NCBI GenBank assembly: GCA_964538805.1
Contig: CAZIGN010000002.1
Coordinates: 18,245 to 82,244 of the forward strand
From: an uncultured Lachnospiraceae bacterium
GTDB taxonomy: Bacteria > Bacillota > Clostridia > Lachnospirales > Lachnospiraceae
DNA: 64,000 nucleotides
Reading direction: 5' to 3'
Shown in pieces: positions 30,021 to 40,077 of the stretch. The position numbers and the translations under genes are program-made. The notes under the pieces were generated by a model. It was not told the DNA's origin. It did no database searches and saw only the letters and a program-made list of their open reading frames with translations. Each line of letters starts with the position of its first letter. Within the stretch, counting starts at the first letter, position 1.

Positions 30021-30725
30021 CTATTCTTTTATCTTTTTAAGTTCATGCAATTTTCTAGCAGCATATATGACTGGTGTATCTATTAAAGAAGTGAAAACAA
30101 ATATTATATAGCTTGCTATAAAAATACTTGTCAATGCTTTGAAATCATAAACACCATAAAATGCAAATAATGTAAAAAGTACTGTATTTATAAGCTGCGA
30201 TGAAAGTGTTGATAGATTATTTCTAAGCCATAAATATTTTTTTCTGTCGTTAGATTTTTTTGTAGTAAGGTCCCAAATCTTATGATAAATCCATACATCG
30301 TAAAACTGCGATATTAAATAAACGACTAAACTTGAAATCATTAACCTTGGTGTGTTTTTGAAAATAGTCACAATACTATCAAATGCAAAATCATTTGGAC
30401 TTGGAGTATAATACAACCAAAACTGTGAAAAAACAATAAAAGTAACAGATGTCATAAGACCTATTCTTACAGCTTTTTTTGCAGTTTTTTTATCATGTGT
30501 TTCACTTAGTATATCTGTTGCTAAAAAAGTAGAAGCAAATAAAACATTGCCTAATGTTTGCTCTATACCAAAAGCTTTGATTAATATCAGAACTTCTATG
30601 TTAGCAGCTATTGTTGCAAGAACAGTAAATGCATATAGACCTGATTTGCCAAAAAGGTAAAACCATAATAGTAGAGACAAGTAAATAACAAAGACGCTAG
30701 AAATTAATAATAATTCATTACTCAT
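30021..30725 (-). CDS. yhhQ: YhhQ/VUT-family queuosine-precursor transporter
   Basis: 234 aa with about 6 TM helices. Family-like features are present (ATIAANIEV...LFASTFLATDILSE, YDVWIYHKI). Lies downstream of a preQ1-type riboswitch. Confidence 0.7.
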   Translation of the reverse strand: MSNELLLISSVFVIYLSLLLWFYLFGKSGLYAFTVLATIAANIEVLILIKAFGIEQTLGNVLFASTFLATDILSETHDKKTAKKAVRIGLMTSVTFIVFSQFWLYYTPSPNDFAFDSIVTIFKNTPRLMISSLVVYLISQFYDVWIYHKIWDLTTKKSNDRKKYLWLRNNLSTLSSQLINTVLFTLFAFYGVYDFKALTSIFIASYIIFVFTSLIDTPVIYAARKLHELKKIKE

Positions 30726-30796
30726 AATAATTATTATATGTTTATTTTAAATATAAACATACCTTTCTTCTGAAATATTTTAACACTTAGGAAGTA

Positions 30797-31507
30797 TTAA
30801 TTAGTTTGATTTCCAACCCCGAAATCTGTGTTGTTAGTTAATATATCGATTCTTTCATAAACATTATAAATTGGGTATAGTTCTTTCATAAATAATTCAA
30901 TAACGGCTTGGTCTGGCTTAACAGGCATATTATTATCAACCATTATATTAATACAAACTCTATTAAAATATTTCAACGCTAATTTTATGTCTTTTTGCAT
31001 TGATGAAAGAGTTTGACCTTTGATTCCAAATAATAAGCAACAGTCATCAAAGTTTTTTGATATGATATTTGGACGAAAATCAGATATTCCTTTGTTTAGT
31101 GTTTTTTCTCTAAATTCATAGTCGAAAGTTTCAATGCCAATTTTGACAAAACATTGTACACCTATATCTTCAAATTCTTTTTTAAAAGAATTAATATCAT
31201 CTTTATAATGATAATGTGATTCAAAGTAAATACTAGTAATCTTTCTTTTTAAGCAAATAAGCTTGATATAAAAGATAGTAGAAGGGTCAAGTTCTTTGAA
31301 GCTTCCAGAATTAATTACTTCAAGTTTATCGAATTTTCCTGTAACTAAATCAAGTACTTCTTTGTTTAGTTTGAAATTCTCAGCTGTATTTGGTGAAAAA
31401 TCCTTGTGATAATCACAGAACCTACATTTTTTCCAAAAGCATCCACTAGAACGTAGCAAAACTATTTCTCTTATATTTTTTGTATATACTACAGAATATC
31501 TGTTCAT
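30797..31507 (-). CDS. Small radical-SAM-like protein, candidate queuine lyase (QueL-like)
   Basis: 236 aa. A Cys triad in GCFWKKCRFCDY lies near the N terminus, followed by a VINSGSF glycine-rich segment. SD AAGGTGGG sits 8 nt before the ATG. First gene after the preQ1-I-like element, followed by yhhQ. Confidence 0.5.
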   Translation of the reverse strand: MNRYSVVYTKNIREIVLLRSSGCFWKKCRFCDYHKDFSPNTAENFKLNKEVLDLVTGKFDKLEVINSGSFKELDPSTIFYIKLICLKRKITSIYFESHYHYKDDINSFKKEFEDIGVQCFVKIGIETFDYEFREKTLNKGISDFRPNIISKNFDDCCLLFGIKGQTLSSMQKDIKLALKYFNRVCINIMVDNNMPVKPDQAVIELFMKELYPIYNVYERIDILTNNTDFGVGNQTN

Positions 31508-31583
31508 TAATAATACCCACCTTATAATTTGAAATGTTGATTTTTAAGCAATAAAAATGAGTACAAAAACTGCACCCAAATAG

Positions 31584-31624
31584 ACCTAGTTTTGTTTAGA
31601 GACAGGAGGGTTGCGAACTGTCTT
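31584..31624 (-). promoter_or_regulatory. preQ1-I-like riboswitch aptamer
   Basis: The minus-strand RNA reads GACAG-UUCGCAACCCUC-CUGUC-UCUAAACAAAACUAGGUC. This is a 5-bp P1, a UUCGCAACC-type loop and an A-rich tail ending ACUAGG, the class I preQ1 aptamer layout. The downstream genes are queuosine-related. Confidence 0.7.
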
Positions 31625-31904
31625 AATTATTTTTAAATTTAATCTAAATATTTTTAATCTTGCGCAAAAATCATTAATAATATAGCACGGAATTATAAAA
31701 AAGACAAATACTTTTTGTATAAAATTTAGTACATAAAAAATGAGTGTATAAAAAAACCATTAAAATAGGCATAAATCAACAAAAACTATGCAGTATTGCC
31801 AAAAAATTAACGTTGCTACACTTGTTTTTAAAATTAGTCAATGATATAATATGCCTATAGTTCGGTCTTTTTAAAAACCGTAAAATTTTAGGAGGTATAC
31901 ATAA

Positions 31905-34900
31905 ATGGCAAGAAAAATGAAAACCATGGATGGTAATACAGCTGCTGCACACGTTTCGTATGCATATTCAGATGTTGCTGCAATCTATCCAATTACCCCT
32001 TCGTCTAACATGGCAGAGTTATCTGACAAGTGGGCATCAGAAGGAAAAAAGAATATTTTTGGTCAAGAAGTATTAGTACAAGAAATGCAATCAGAGGCAG
32101 GTGCGGCAGGTGCGGTTCACGGATCTTTAGCAGCAGGTGCATTAACTACAACATTTACTGCATCACAAGGTCTTTTACTTATGATTCCTAATATGTACAA
32201 GATGGCGGGTGAGCAATTACCAGCAGTTATAGATGTATCTGCTCGTGCATTAGCAAGTCATGCTCTTTCTATATTTGGAGATCACTCAGATATATATGCT
32301 TGTCGTCAGACAGGTTTTGCTATGTTATGTTGTTCAGGAGTTCAAGAAGTAATGGATTTAACTCCAGTATCTCACTGTAGTGCTATAAAAGGAAAAGTTC
32401 CTTTCTTAAACTTCTTTGATGGATTTAGAACTTCTCATGAATTACAAAAAATAGAAGTATGGGATTATAAAGATCTAGATGAAATGTATGATAAAGAAGC
32501 TTTACAAGAATACAGAGATAATGTATTAAATCCCAATCATCCACTACTTAGAGGATCTGCTCAAAACCCTGACATTTTCTTCCAAGCAAGAGAAGCATGT
32601 AATTCGTATTATGATGCACTGCCTGCAGTAGTAGAAGAATATATGGCAAAAGTTAATGCTAAAATAGGAACAAACTATGGTTTATTTAACTATTATGGTG
32701 CAGATGATGCAACACATGTAATAGTAGCTATGGGATCTGTGTGTGAAACAATTGATGAAACAATAGATCATTTATTAAAAGCAGGAGAAAAAGTTGGTGT
32801 AATTAAAGTTCGTTTATACAGACCTTTCTCAACAACTCATTTCTTAAATGCTATACCAAAAACTGTTAAAAAGATAAGTGTATTAGATAGAACTAAAGAG
32901 CCAGGAGCTATTGGTGAACCATTATTCTTAGACGTTCTAGCTTCTATAAAAGATACAGAATTCAAAGACGTTCCAGTATTTTCAGGAAGATATGGACTTG
33001 GTTCTAAAGATACTACTCCAACTCATATTATGTCTGTATACAATAACGAAGATAAAAAGAAATTTACAATCGGTATAGTTGATGATGTAACTAATTTATC
33101 ATTACCAATGGGAGAAAATGTTATAACTGCTCCTGAGTCAATAATTTCATGTAAGTTCTGGGGACTAGGTGCTGATGGTACTGTTGGTGCTAACAAGAAC
33201 TCAATTAAAATTATCGGTGATAATACTGATATGTATGCTCAAGCTTATTTTGATTATGATTCTAAAAAATCAGGTGGTGTAACTATATCTCATTTACGTT
33301 TTGGTAAAGATAAGATTAAGTCTACTTACCTAATTAACAAAGCAAACTTTGTTGCATGTCACAATCCTTCATATGTTAGAAAATATAACATGGTTCAAGA
33401 TTTAAAAGAAGGCGGAACATTCTTACTTAACTGTAGCTGGGATCTTGCAGGACTTGAGGAACATTTACCAGGACAAGCAAAAAGATACATCGCTAAAAAC
33501 AATATTAAAGTATATACAATAGATGGTATAGCAATTGGTAAAGAAATTGGACTTGGTGGTCGTATTAATACTATATTACAATCTGCTTTCTTTAAACTAG
33601 CTAATATTATTCCTGAAGAAAAAGCTCTTGAATTAATGAAACAGGCGGCTGAATATGCATATAGCAAAAAAGGTGAAGCTATCGTTAAGATGAACTTTGA
33701 AGCTATTGAAAGAGGAGCTAAAGACGTAGTTGAAGTTAAAGTTCCAGAAAGCTGGAAAGATGCAACAGATGAAGTTTTAGGACAAGTATTTGCAAAAGGA
33801 AATAAATCAACTCTTGACTTTGTTAATAACATTCAAACAGCTGTCAATATGCAAGAAGGTAAGAATTTACCAGTATCTGCATTCGTAGATTATGTTGATG
33901 GTTCTACACCATCAGGTACTTCAGCTTATGAAAAACGTGGAATCGCTGTTGATATTCCTTTCTGGAATCCTGATAATTGTATTCAATGTAATTTCTGTGC
34001 ATATGTATGTCCACATGCTGTAATTAGACCATTTGCATTAACTAATGAAGAAGCAGCTGCTGCACCAGAAGGTATGAAAACTGTTGATATGACAGGTGTT
34101 GCTGACATGAAGTTTAGCATTTCTATATCTGCACTTGATTGTACAGGTTGTGGTTCATGTGTAAATGTCTGCCCGGGTAAAAAAGGTGAGAAAGCTCTTA
34201 CTTTTGCTCCACTTGAAACACAATTACACGAACAAGACAATTTTGATTATGCAAGAGAACTTCCAGTTAAAGAAGCAGTTGCGGAGAAATTTAAAGAAAC
34301 AACTGTTAAAGGCAGTCAGTTTAAACAACCACTTCTTGAATTCTCAGGAGCATGTGCTGGTTGTGGAGAAACACCTTATGCTAAATTAATGACTCAGTTA
34401 TTTGGAGATAGAGCTTATATTGCTAATGCTACAGGTTGTTCTTCAATCTGGGGTAACTCTTCACCATCTACACCTTATACAGTAAACAAAGAAGGTAAAG
34501 GCCCAGCTTGGTCTAACTCTTTATTTGAAGATAATGCTGAATTTGGTTATGGTATGAAACTTGCACAATTATCTATCCGTAATGGATTGAAAAATAAAAT
34601 CGAAGCTATTGCAGCTGTTTCTGATAAAGAGGAAGTAAAAACAGCAGTAGCAAACTTTATTGAAACTTATGATGAAGGTTCAACAAATGGAGCTGCAACT
34701 GATGAACTTGTAAAAGTATTATCAGAATGCGATTGCGAAGATTGTAAAACAATAGTTAAAAACAAAGATTTTTTAGCTAAAAAGTCTCAATGGATTCTTG
34801 GCGGAGATGGATGGGCTTATGATATTGGATTTGGTGGACTTGATCATGTTATCGCAAGTGGACAAGATGTAAATATTCTAGTATTTGACACAGAAGTTTA

Positions 34901-35435
34901 CTCAAACACTGGAGGACAATCTTCAAAAGCTACACCAACAGGAGCTATTGCACAATTTGCTGCAGCTGGTAAAGAAGTTAAGAAAAAAGACCTTGCTCAA
35001 ATTGCTATGAGTTATGGTTATGTATATGTAGCTCAGATTTCTCAAGGTGCTGATATGAATCAATGTATAAAAGCATTTAATGAAGCTGAAAGCTATAAAG
35101 GACCATCAATTATAATCGCTTATGCTCCATGTATCAACCATGGTATTAAAGGTGGTATGGGAATGGCTCAGACAGAAGAAAAGAAAGCTGTTACTTCAGG
35201 ATATTGGAATCTATTTAGATTTGATCCAAGAAGAAAACAAGAAGGTCTTAATCCTTTCGTTCTAGATAGTAAAGCACCAACAACTTCATATCAAGAATTT
35301 ATAACAAGTGAGGTTCGTTACAGTTCTCTACTTAGATCTAAACCAGAAAGAGCTAAAAAACTATTTGACAAAGCAGAACAAGATGCAAAAGATAAATATG
35401 ATTACCTAACTAAGTTAGCAAGTTTGTACGAATAA
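31905..35435 (+). CDS. nifJ: Pyruvate:ferredoxin (flavodoxin) oxidoreductase, single-polypeptide type
   Basis: 1176 aa with two ferredoxin-type clusters (CIQCNFCAYVCP and CTGCGSCVNVCP) and a ThDP domain GGDGWAYDIGFGGLDHV. A strong SD AGGAGG precedes the start. Confidence 0.97.
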   Translation: MARKMKTMDGNTAAAHVSYAYSDVAAIYPITPSSNMAELSDKWASEGKKNIFGQEVLVQEMQSEAGAAGAVHGSLAAGALTTTFTASQGLLLMIPNMYKMAGEQLPAVIDVSARALASHALSIFGDHSDIYACRQTGFAMLCCSGVQEVMDLTPVSHCSAIKGKVPFLNFFDGFRTSHELQKIEVWDYKDLDEMYDKEALQEYRDNVLNPNHPLLRGSAQNPDIFFQAREACNSYYDALPAVVEEYMAKVNAKIGTNYGLFNYYGADDATHVIVAMGSVCETIDETIDHLLKAGEKVGVIKVRLYRPFSTTHFLNAIPKTVKKISVLDRTKEPGAIGEPLFLDVLASIKDTEFKDVPVFSGRYGLGSKDTTPTHIMSVYNNEDKKKFTIGIVDDVTNLSLPMGENVITAPESIISCKFWGLGADGTVGANKNSIKIIGDNTDMYAQAYFDYDSKKSGGVTISHLRFGKDKIKSTYLINKANFVACHNPSYVRKYNMVQDLKEGGTFLLNCSWDLAGLEEHLPGQAKRYIAKNNIKVYTIDGIAIGKEIGLGGRINTILQSAFFKLANIIPEEKALELMKQAAEYAYSKKGEAIVKMNFEAIERGAKDVVEVKVPESWKDATDEVLGQVFAKGNKSTLDFVNNIQTAVNMQEGKNLPVSAFVDYVDGSTPSGTSAYEKRGIAVDIPFWNPDNCIQCNFCAYVCPHAVIRPFALTNEEAAAAPEGMKTVDMTGVADMKFSISISALDCTGCGSCVNVCPGKKGEKALTFAPLETQLHEQDNFDYARELPVKEAVAEKFKETTVKGSQFKQPLLEFSGACAGCGETPYAKLMTQLFGDRAYIANATGCSSIWGNSSPSTPYTVNKEGKGPAWSNSLFEDNAEFGYGMKLAQLSIRNGLKNKIEAIAAVSDKEEVKTAVANFIETYDEGSTNGAATDELVKVLSECDCEDCKTIVKNKDFLAKKSQWILGGDGWAYDIGFGGLDHVIASGQDVNILVFDTEVYSNTGGQSSKATPTGAIAQFAAAGKEVKKKDLAQIAMSYGYVYVAQISQGADMNQCIKAFNEAESYKGPSIIIAYAPCINHGIKGGMGMAQTEEKKAVTSGYWNLFRFDPRRKQEGLNPFVLDSKAPTTSYQEFITSEVRYSSLLRSKPERAKKLFDKAEQDAKDKYDYLTKLASLYE

Positions 35436-35438
35436 TAT

Positions 35439-35469
35439 AAAATGCCACCTACGGGTGGCATTTTTTTTC
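35439..35469 (+). terminator. Rho-independent terminator after nifJ
   Basis: AAAATGCCACC-tacg-GGTGGCATTTTTTTT. Confidence 0.9.
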
Positions 35470-35629
35470 TTAATTGTATTTTTGTGAATTCTTAATGAAA
35501 AATGTTTTAATTTTTTAAATTATGTGTTAGACTAAGCTTTAAAATGCAAATAAATGTAGAAGCATTTATTCTTACAATAAAACTTAGCTAATAAAACATA
35601 AAAGAAATTATAAATGAATGGAGTTTATT

Positions 35630-37696
35630 ATGAATAGAATCATCAAGTATTTCAAGAATATAATTAATGATATTAAAGAATCAAAAAACAAGAAATATAC
35701 AGCTTTATCATATTTGATAACACCGATTATTACAGTTTTTATAATAGAGGTTTTATCAAGAAAATCATTTTTAGAAGCATTTTCATTTATAAAAGATAAT
35801 CCGATCGCTTTTTTATCAAATGTATTAATACTTATGCTTACATTAAGTTTTACACTCTTGATGAAAAAAAGAATTGCTGGAATAGTTATAGTTAATGTAG
35901 CTTGGCTTTTTTTAGGCTTTACTAATTATTTGGTTACTTCAAACAGAACAACACCGTTTACCTTTGTTGATTTTTTTAATATCGATTCAGCTATAGGAGT
36001 AATAAATCAGTATGTTTCATTTATTTCAATCGTAATAGCAATAGCAGGTACTTCTTTTTTAATTGCAGTATTAGTATATATTTGGAAAAAAGTTCCTATA
36101 TACGACAAAAAGATAAATTATTTTAGAAACATAGTAGTAATATTTGTTATAAGCATAGGTAATTTATTTGTATTAAATTTAGGAAATGAAAAAGGCGTTT
36201 TAACTAAAGAATTTCCAAATCTTGTAATAGCTTTTGAAGATTATGGTTTCATATATTGTTTTTCAAATTCAGTAGTTAATCGTGGTATTGAAGAGCCAGA
36301 TAATTATTCATCTTATACTATTGAAAACATTAAAACAAAACTAAATGCAGTTAAAAACAAAGAAGTTAAGGGAGAATTACCTAATATAATATTTCTACAA
36401 TTAGAAACTTTTCTAGATGTGAATTATATAAAAGGCTTGGAGTTTTCAAAGGAACCACTCCCAAATTTTAATAAATTTAAAAAAGAGTTTCCTTCTGGAC
36501 TTTTTAGTGTTCACAACGTAGGTTTTGGTACAGCTAACACCGAATTTGAAATAATGACAGGAATGAATCTTGATGATTTTGGTCCGGGTGAATTTCCTTT
36601 TAAAACCATATTAAAGTCAAAAAACTGTGAAAGCATTAGTTACAATTTAAAAGAACATGGTTACAAAACACACGCAATGCATAACAATACAGGATTGTTT
36701 TACTCAAGAAACCAGATATTTTCTCAACTTGGATATGATAATTATATTTCAATTGAATTTATGAATAATATTGAATATACTCCTATGGGATGGGCAAAAG
36801 ACAAAGTTTTAACTAACGAAATCAAAAAAGTTTTAGATCATACAGATACAAAAGATTTTATATATACAATTTCCACTCAAGGTCATGGCAGCTATCCAGT
36901 TAATATAGAATTAGAAAACAAATACATTGAAGTTACAGGTAATTTTGCAGAAGATAGATTAGCGATGCTTGAATACTATACTAATATGCTTCATGAAATG
37001 GATATGTTTATAAAAGAACTAACAGATGAACTTAGTAAAAGAGATGAAAAAACAATATTAGTTATGTATGGAGATCATCTTCCAAGCCTTAATTTATCAG
37101 AAGAGGAACTAGATGGAATAAGTTTATATCAAACTGAGTATGTTGTTTGGAATAATTTTGACCTAAAAATGAAAGATGAAGACATTGAAGCCTTTCAATT
37201 ATCTTCAAAAATATTAGAAAGTTTAAACATACAAAGTGGGGTAATTAATAAATTTCACCAAACTTTTAAAAAAGACCCAGAATATACAAGTGCATTAAAG
37301 GTTTTAGAATATGATATATTATATGGAGATTTACTTGTTTATGATGGAATAAATCCATATGTTTCTACAGAACTTAAAATGGGATTAAAAGAAGTTGAAA
37401 TTACAGATGTTAAACATGATATACAAAAAGGCTATGTTTTAGTTAACGGAGAAAATTTTACTGAATTTAGTGTTGTTTTTGTTAATGATGAAAAATATGA
37501 AACAGAGTTTATAGATACTCAAACGCTAAAAATTTATTATGAAGACATTGCAGGTCTTGATTCTTTTATTGTAAAACAAATGTGGAAATCTACTCCTTTA
37601 TTAACAACAACGGAATATCTGTATTTTTCTACTGATGATGGAAACGGAACCATACCTGAAGACAAAATCGATGTAGTAGTAGAAGGAGAACAATAA
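35630..37696 (+). CDS. LtaS-family (sulfatase-fold) membrane phosphoglycerol/alkaline-phosphatase-superfamily transferase
   Basis: About 5 N-terminal TM helices, then an extracytoplasmic sulfatase domain (FLQLETFLD, GFGTANTEFEIMTG, YGDHLP) and an extra C-terminal beta-rich domain of about 120 aa. Start placed at ATG 35630 behind GGAG. Confidence 0.75.
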   Translation: MNRIIKYFKNIINDIKESKNKKYTALSYLITPIITVFIIEVLSRKSFLEAFSFIKDNPIAFLSNVLILMLTLSFTLLMKKRIAGIVIVNVAWLFLGFTNYLVTSNRTTPFTFVDFFNIDSAIGVINQYVSFISIVIAIAGTSFLIAVLVYIWKKVPIYDKKINYFRNIVVIFVISIGNLFVLNLGNEKGVLTKEFPNLVIAFEDYGFIYCFSNSVVNRGIEEPDNYSSYTIENIKTKLNAVKNKEVKGELPNIIFLQLETFLDVNYIKGLEFSKEPLPNFNKFKKEFPSGLFSVHNVGFGTANTEFEIMTGMNLDDFGPGEFPFKTILKSKNCESISYNLKEHGYKTHAMHNNTGLFYSRNQIFSQLGYDNYISIEFMNNIEYTPMGWAKDKVLTNEIKKVLDHTDTKDFIYTISTQGHGSYPVNIELENKYIEVTGNFAEDRLAMLEYYTNMLHEMDMFIKELTDELSKRDEKTILVMYGDHLPSLNLSEEELDGISLYQTEYVVWNNFDLKMKDEDIEAFQLSSKILESLNIQSGVINKFHQTFKKDPEYTSALKVLEYDILYGDLLVYDGINPYVSTELKMGLKEVEITDVKHDIQKGYVLVNGENFTEFSVVFVNDEKYETEFIDTQTLKIYYEDIAGLDSFIVKQMWKSTPLLTTTEYLYFSTDDGNGTIPEDKIDVVVEGEQ

Positions 37697-38568
37697 TGTA
37701 TATACCAATAATTATACTTTTTGTTTTACTTGTGTTTTTATTGAGAATAATGTGGGAAAATAGACATTTTAAAATTACGTATACCAATTTTTTTACAGAT
37801 AAGTTTGCAAAAAGGAATACAGATTTTAATGAAGAATTTAAATACATTTTTGTTTCTGACTTACATGATTGTAAATTTGGAAAAAAAAACAAAAGGCTGA
37901 TAAAAAAAATAAATGAAATTAACCCAGATGCAATTCTTGTTGGTGGAGACTTGATATCTGTAAAAACTTCACCTTGTTATGATAACGCAATAGATTTATT
38001 AAAAGAACTTTCAAAAAAACACAAGGTTTATTATACTTATGGAAATCACGAAACAAGGGCATTAGAGTATGAAGATAGATATGGAGAGTTCTACGAAAGT
38101 TTTAAAACGGAGCTTGACAATATTAAAGTTATTATGGTTCAAAATGAAGGTGTCTCATTAAACGAATATGTAAGATTGTATGGTTTAGAATTAGATTTGA
38201 ATTATTATAAAGAACATACTAGAACAGTACTTGAGCCTAATCTTTTAAAGGAAACATTTAAAGAATTAGATGAAAGTTTTTATAATATATTAATGACACA
38301 TCATCCTAAGTATTTTTATTCATATACAAAAATCAACCCCGATTTAATATTATCAGGGCATATTCATGGAGGAATGATTAGACTTCCACTTCTAGGAGGA
38401 CTCATATCACCGGATTATCAGTTGTTTCCAAGGTTTGATAGAGGTGTTTATACTAATAATAAATCAATCATGCTTTTAAGTTCAGGACTAGGAACTCACA
38501 CACTTAAATTCAGATTATTTAATAAACCAGAATTAAATGTAATAACAATAAAAAGTCGAATTAATTAA
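37696..38568 (+). CDS. Membrane-anchored metallophosphoesterase (calcineurin-like)
   Basis: N-terminal TM helix plus the motifs VSDLHD, GGDL, GNHE and GHIHGG. The start overlaps the upstream stop (TAATG). Confidence 0.8.
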   Translation: MYIPIIILFVLLVFLLRIMWENRHFKITYTNFFTDKFAKRNTDFNEEFKYIFVSDLHDCKFGKKNKRLIKKINEINPDAILVGGDLISVKTSPCYDNAIDLLKELSKKHKVYYTYGNHETRALEYEDRYGEFYESFKTELDNIKVIMVQNEGVSLNEYVRLYGLELDLNYYKEHTRTVLEPNLLKETFKELDESFYNILMTHHPKYFYSYTKINPDLILSGHIHGGMIRLPLLGGLISPDYQLFPRFDRGVYTNNKSIMLLSSGLGTHTLKFRLFNKPELNVITIKSRIN

Positions 38569-38652
38569 ATACAATAATACAAGATGTTGTGGTTTAAATA
38601 CGTTTGTGGTAGAATATCTAAGGATTAAAAGTATTTAGAAACGGAGACTAAC

Positions 38653-39396
38653 ATGGCTATTTCGATTAAGCTTACTGCTTTTGAAGGTCCACTTGATCTT
38701 TTGTTACATCTTATTGATAAAAATAAGGTTAATATTTATGATATTCCAATAGTAGAAATAACAGAGCAATATATGGATTATGTAAATGACTTAAAAGGCG
38801 AAAAACTCGATCTTTTAAGTGAATTTTTAGTTATGGCAGCCACTTTGCTAGATATAAAATCAAAGATGCTCCTTCCTAAAGTTGTAAAAGAAGATGGTCA
38901 AATAGAAGATCCTAGAGAAGAATTAGTTGCAAAACTCCTTGAATATAAGATGTATAAATATATGTCTTATGAATTAAAAGATAGGCAAATAGAAGCAAGT
39001 AGAATATTATTTAGAAAACAAGAAATACCAGAAGAAGTATCTAAGTATGAGCAGCCAGTAGATTTAGACAAGTTATTAAACGGTATAACGCTAGATAAAT
39101 TAAGAGAGGTTTTTGATTTTGTTATTAAAAAGCAAAAAGATAAAATCGATCCATTAAGAAGTAAATTTGGACAAATAGAAAAAGAAGAAGTCAACTTAGA
39201 AGATAAAATATCTTATGTATTAGAATATGCTAGAAATGAACGAAGATTTAGTTTTAGAAAATTACTAGAGGTTCAAAAAAGCAAAATGCATATTATAGTA
39301 ACATTTCTAGCAATATTAGAACTAATGAAGACAGGTACTTTAAGTATAATACAAGAAAATATATTTGGAGACATACTTGTTGAGACTTCGATTTAA
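38653..39396 (+). CDS. scpA: Segregation and condensation protein A
   Basis: N terminus FEGPLDLLLHLIDKNKVNIYDIPIVEITEQY is the typical ScpA kleisin N terminus. 247 aa. Confidence 0.92.
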   Translation: MAISIKLTAFEGPLDLLLHLIDKNKVNIYDIPIVEITEQYMDYVNDLKGEKLDLLSEFLVMAATLLDIKSKMLLPKVVKEDGQIEDPREELVAKLLEYKMYKYMSYELKDRQIEASRILFRKQEIPEEVSKYEQPVDLDKLLNGITLDKLREVFDFVIKKQKDKIDPLRSKFGQIEKEEVNLEDKISYVLEYARNERRFSFRKLLEVQKSKMHIIVTFLAILELMKTGTLSIIQENIFGDILVETSI

Positions 39397-39498
39397 GTTG
39401 CTAGAAAACAATGAAGTATAAAACGATATAAGAAAATCAAAACATTAGAAAGGACTGCCTTTAAATTATTTACAAGGCAGTATCATACAGAAATTATT

Positions 39499-40077
39499 AT
39501 GGAAGCAATTGAAATACAAAAAGCAGAAGCGGCGATAGAGGCAATTCTTTTTACAATGGGTGAATCTGTAGAGATTGAAAAAATTTCATATGCCATAGGT
39601 CATGATGAAGATACCACAATTAGAATAATTCATAATATGATGGATAAGTATAAAAGTGAATCTAGAGGGATAAATATCATAGAACTAGAAAAATCATTTC
39701 AAATGTGTACTAAAAATTCTATGTATGAATATTTGATTAGAATTGCCAACCAACCTAAAAAGCATGTTTTGACAGATGTTTTGTTAGAAACACTTTCAAT
39801 AATTGCATACAAACAACCAATCACTAAAACAGAGATGGAAAAAATCAGAGGTGTTAAGTGTGATCATGCTGTAAACAAACTAATGGAGTATGGATTAGTT
39901 GTAGATACAGGAAGATTAGATGCACCAGGCAGGCCGCTTTTATTTGGTACTACTGAAGATTTTCTTAGAAAGTTTGGAATTAATTCAGTAGAAGATTTAC
40001 CAGAAATTAAAATAGATAAGGTAGAAGATTTCAAACAAGAAGCAGAGGAAGAAATACAATTAAAATTAGATGTATAG
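39499..40077 (+). CDS. scpB: Segregation and condensation protein B
   Basis: EAILFTMGESV..., ETLSIIAYKQPITKTEMEKIRGV and GRLDAPGRPLLFGTTEDFLRKFG. Confidence 0.92.
   Translation: MEAIEIQKAEAAIEAILFTMGESVEIEKISYAIGHDEDTTIRIIHNMMDKYKSESRGINIIELEKSFQMCTKNSMYEYLIRIANQPKKHVLTDVLLETLSIIAYKQPITKTEMEKIRGVKCDHAVNKLMEYGLVVDTGRLDAPGRPLLFGTTEDFLRKFGINSVEDLPEIKIDKVEDFKQEAEEEIQLKLDV

Noticed and set aside
33395-34389. Three ORFs (145 aa and 85 aa on the minus strand, 74 aa in another + frame) inside nifJ
   Set aside because: All are embedded in the 1176-aa PFOR reading frame, have no recognisable motifs, and are compositional artefacts.
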